A stretch of 64,000 nt of DNA from Chrysomallon squamiferum. Taxonomy: Eukaryota > Animalia > Mollusca. The notes under the pieces are model-generated. The model was not told the DNA's origin and searched no databases. It saw only the letters and a list, made by a program, of their open reading frames with translations. The DNA is taken from NCBI GenBank assembly GCA_012295275.1, contig CM022677.1, positions 19,902,001-19,966,000 of the forward strand. Direction: 5' to 3'. Position numbers and translations under genes: made by a program. Numbering within the stretch: position 1 is the stretch's first letter; every line of letters begins with the position of its first letter. Below are positions 59,266 to 64,000 of the stretch, piece by piece.

Positions 59266-60657
59266 CTCGTTTTTATCTCATGTTCTCTCTTTTATTCTCT
59301 GTCTCTCTCTCTCCCGTTTTCTCTTTCATTCTCTCTCACTTTCTGTCTTACTCTCATCTTCTGTCTCTCTATCTCTCTCTCTCTCTCTATCCACTCGTTC
59401 TCTCTTTCTGTTGCTTCTCTCTCCAGACACACACGCACACACACACACACACACACGCACACACACACACACACATATCAGTACACATAATCACCTCAGG
59501 ATTCTTTTCTCGCCTGCTGACTGACAATTATAACACATTCTCCCAAGCGAACTCGAACCACTGAATAGGAAAATAACATAAAACATTAAAACGAAATTAA
59601 CATAACAAAAGATTTGCTAGCACTTTGTGTCCTGTTCGTACAAATTATTAACAATTTCTCTTGTGCTTTTGTCAGTCTTTAAAAAGAAATTTTAACCACC
59701 AGACGCATACTGAGTTGGTGAAACGTGAAATACAAAACAGCTTTTCACAACAACACACAAAAGCACGTTGTTGTGACTGTGTTATTAATTACTCTATATT
59801 CGACATAAACAAACAGATAGCTAAACAGACAGACATGAATAAATAAACAAACAAACAAACAAATAAATAACTAAATAAATAAGAATATAAAAAAACTAAT
59901 TAACTAAGTAAATAAATAAATAAAAAAAAAAAAAAAAAAAAAGAAAGAAAGAAAGAAAGAAAGAAAGAAGGAAAGACTGAAAAAAGAAAGAAAGAAATAC
60001 GTTAACCATGAAAATAACGTGAAATTAAACACTTACAGTTTTTGTCCAATCAATAACATTTAATTCCAGTTGACTCACCATGCAGATACGTTTTAATACT
60101 TTTCAGAGGGAAAAAATTAAAAATTAAATAAACTAAATGAGCTTCCTTTTGATGCTGGCTTTTATTGCAAAGAATGCATTAATATCAAGTAGGCAGACAT
60201 AGGCTTTGCTTCGATAGACATTCAATAAATGTTCGAAACGAAACAGCATTTAAGGTATGGATTATATTTCTGTCATTAGATGCTATTGTACTTGTTCTTG
60301 TTTTTTGTCTTTTGTTTTTTTGTTCCGTTTGAAATGGGCTGACTGATTCCACATATGTCATTAATAATAAACAAACAACAGCAATTTTCCCGCGATATCT
60401 TCTGTTGAAAAGGTCATTAAACTGCAGTGTGCACAAATTACCACCTGCATTTACGTAACATATCTGCTTTGTTTTGTTTTTAACCTGTGTTTTATATATA
60501 CATGTATATATAGCTATGTATGTATGTAAGTATGTATATATGTATGTATATATGTATGTATGTGCGTATATATATATATATATTATATATATATGTTTAT
60601 ATATGTGTGTGTGTGTATATGTATATGTGTATATATATATATATGTATATGTATATG

Positions 60658-60692
<35 letters not shown>

Positions 60693-60695
60693 ATA

Positions 60696-61392
<697 letters not shown>

Positions 61393-61475
61393 ATAAACAA
61401 TTAATTAAGATATTATATATATATTTAAATATACACATATATATGTATGTGTGTGAATGTGTGTGTCTATATAGT

Positions 61476-61517
<42 letters not shown>

Positions 61518-63600
61518 ATTTCTTAATTAATTCTTTGTAAGACTCCTGCTTTGTCTCTAATGCTGAAAAGCCAAACAACAAAAATCCTCACTTCAATGAA
61601 CTGCAGAGACTGATTTTACGTATAATATCTACTTGCTACACGACTGTTTCTTTTCAAAATTAACTGTTTGTTGTTGTTGTTGTTGTTTTTTTTTTTTAAC
61701 TCTTCCAGATTTCTCCTTGACACTGTAGAAACAAACAAAACGAATTCCCTTGGTCCTATTGCAAGTAAAAAAAAAAAAAAAAAAAAAAAATAATAATAAA
61801 AGGTTTTCCCTACGGAGTTGTCTACCTTTAGAAGTATCACTGATATTAACCGATATAAAAGTGTTCATTGATACCGAAAGAACGAACTCGCTTCTGGAGT
61901 AGTCCTTTGTCTACATTTGTAACTTGCTACTGAATTATTACTAATATTAACTGCTCAGAAACCGTTCGTTAAAAAGCGAGCGAAGAAATTCATTGTACTA
62001 TTTCAAAAATTTCTCATGTACGATCTAAACGATTATCATTAAAGCAAATAAATATTGATTTAGTTGCATGTTGCAGCCATTCTTTGCGAATTAATTTCGC
62101 TTCAATTTTTTCCTTTTTCTTATCAATATTTAACAGACCAGTGCAGTTCCCTTGGCACGCTTTCAAATCTGCTAAAACGTTCTAAACAAGAGGGTCACAA
62201 AAGCATAAGATCACCGGCGAGATCATCATTCATTATTGAGGAAATTTAGATGTCGAAATGTTATTGTTTTCCACTATTTGACTGTATCCTAGTGATACAC
62301 GCAGTCGTGGAAGGTACGTAGTTGTTTAAGAGTACTGTTGACCTCTGTCTCGTAACTTTGTAATAATCACTAGGCACTTTCATAAAAAATTTAAATTAAA
62401 ATTAAAATCATAAGATAAAAAATAAATAAATAACGAAACAAAGAAACAAACAAACAGAAAGCTACAAAGCTTTTATTCAGATTCAGGAGAGAACACTTTC
62501 TACAGTTTGAATTTTGAAATCCTGTATGAAAAGCTGTACGCAAATTAATGAGATGACGATTGCAGATTTGTGTTCTGCAAAATGTTAGCGGCATTGAAAT
62601 TGTCTCCGGTGCAATTCGCGGTGCTGTTTCGTGTCGTCTGACTTTAACAAAAGTAGCGCGCCTTTCGGTAGCAACAGTGGCTCATAGTTAATATTTATGC
62701 TTTAACTGTTTATTTTATTTTTAATGTGAAATACAATAATAGATACATTTGCAAGTATAATAAAAAAATTAAAAAAAAAACGTTTAAAATTTTAGTTTTA
62801 TCAACACTATTATCGTCGTCATTATCATCATCATCGTAATCATTATTATTATCGTTATGATTACGATTATTGTTATTATTATTTTATTATTCTTTTTTAT
62901 GTTGTTGTTGTTGTTTTATTGTTGTTACTGTTGCTGCTGTAATTGCTTTTAGTTCATCTTTTAATATCATATGATCTCGAAATATTTTTTTTTCTTTTAC
63001 GATTATTTCATAAACGACAAAAAAAAAAAGATTGATTACCCAGACAATCCGATTATCGATGAGCGAAAAATAATACAATTACTTCATGTAACCTTGGAAA
63101 CGGCGGCGTGCAAATAAACGTCTGACGTCATATTCTATTCGTAGTGAAATTGACCTCGTTACGAATGGGCAAACGTCCATTATTGGAATATTACGTCACG
63201 GGAATCCTGTTTTTGACGAACATTTTTTGGAAGTGTTTCTCTTTGTTGTTGATGTCTTTGTTGTTGTCACCAGTATTATAACGGTAAATAAAAATGTGTT
63301 CATTTTTGTTCATTACTTTTTTATGGATTTTTTTTTATTTTTCCCTTCTCTTATTGTTGTTGCTGTTATGTAATTAATTAAATGTAATCAAAATGGCACT
63401 GAGTGCGTAACTCTGTAAATGTATCGCTTCGCGCTGTTTTCACGCATGATTAATTAATGCACAGAACCTTTAAAAATATAGTAATACCTCCATTAAGTGA
63501 GCTAACTGTTTATGGTTACCATGGAGACAGATTTCCCACTGCGATTTAATCATCAGTAGAGAATATCTTCTATTTTCATTTTACTTTATTATTATTATTA

Positions 63601-63682
<82 letters not shown>

Positions 63683-64000
63683 TACATCAAACAAATAAAT
63701 AATTTAACCCTTTGAACTAGAGCGGTTATTAACATTTACTTTTTTTTTAAATTTTGTTTTGCTTATTTTTCTTAATCATAAACACAACAATAAAAATAAT
63801 AAATAAATGACACAGAAACGTACATACAGTAATAATGACAATACTAGTAACAGTGATGGTCGTGCTACTAGCAGTAGCATCAACAGCGACAGCAACATTT
63901 GCAGCACTAATAGCAGAAGTACTAGAAGTAGTGGTGGTAGTCAAAGCAACAGTAATAGTAATAAATTATCAAAATGTAGTATTGAATAGCAGTAACAGTA

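Overview
Eukaryotic, intron-rich and extremely microsatellite-dense animal DNA (gene content suggests a lophotrochozoan, probably a mollusc; not provable here). Most ORF-track entries are microsatellite artefacts. By reading GT/AG boundaries and exon phases I reconstruct seven spliced genes: (1) the last four exons of an unknown + strand gene (2312-4065); (2) a ~1600-aa, 10-coding-exon - strand gene (15229->4953) with an internal Hint (Hedgehog/intein) autoprocessing domain between two related helical domains and a C-terminal hydrophobic, toxin-like region, which is the most unusual object in the window; (3) an arylsulfatase B-like gene (+, 17950-27371); (4-6) three paralogous AA15-type lytic polysaccharide monooxygenase (LPMO) genes (-, 29935-32832; +, 36868-40985; +, 44542-52336); (7) a secreted IgGFc-binding-protein N-terminal domain + PAN/apple-like protein (-, ~55145-58017). 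Also present: a decayed LINE fragment, a Tc1/mariner deletion derivative with TIRs, two pairs of dispersed direct repeats and several minisatellites, two of which carry splice signals. Frameshifts and garbled exons in four unrelated genes suggest an imperfectly polished assembly, so pseudogene calls are withheld.
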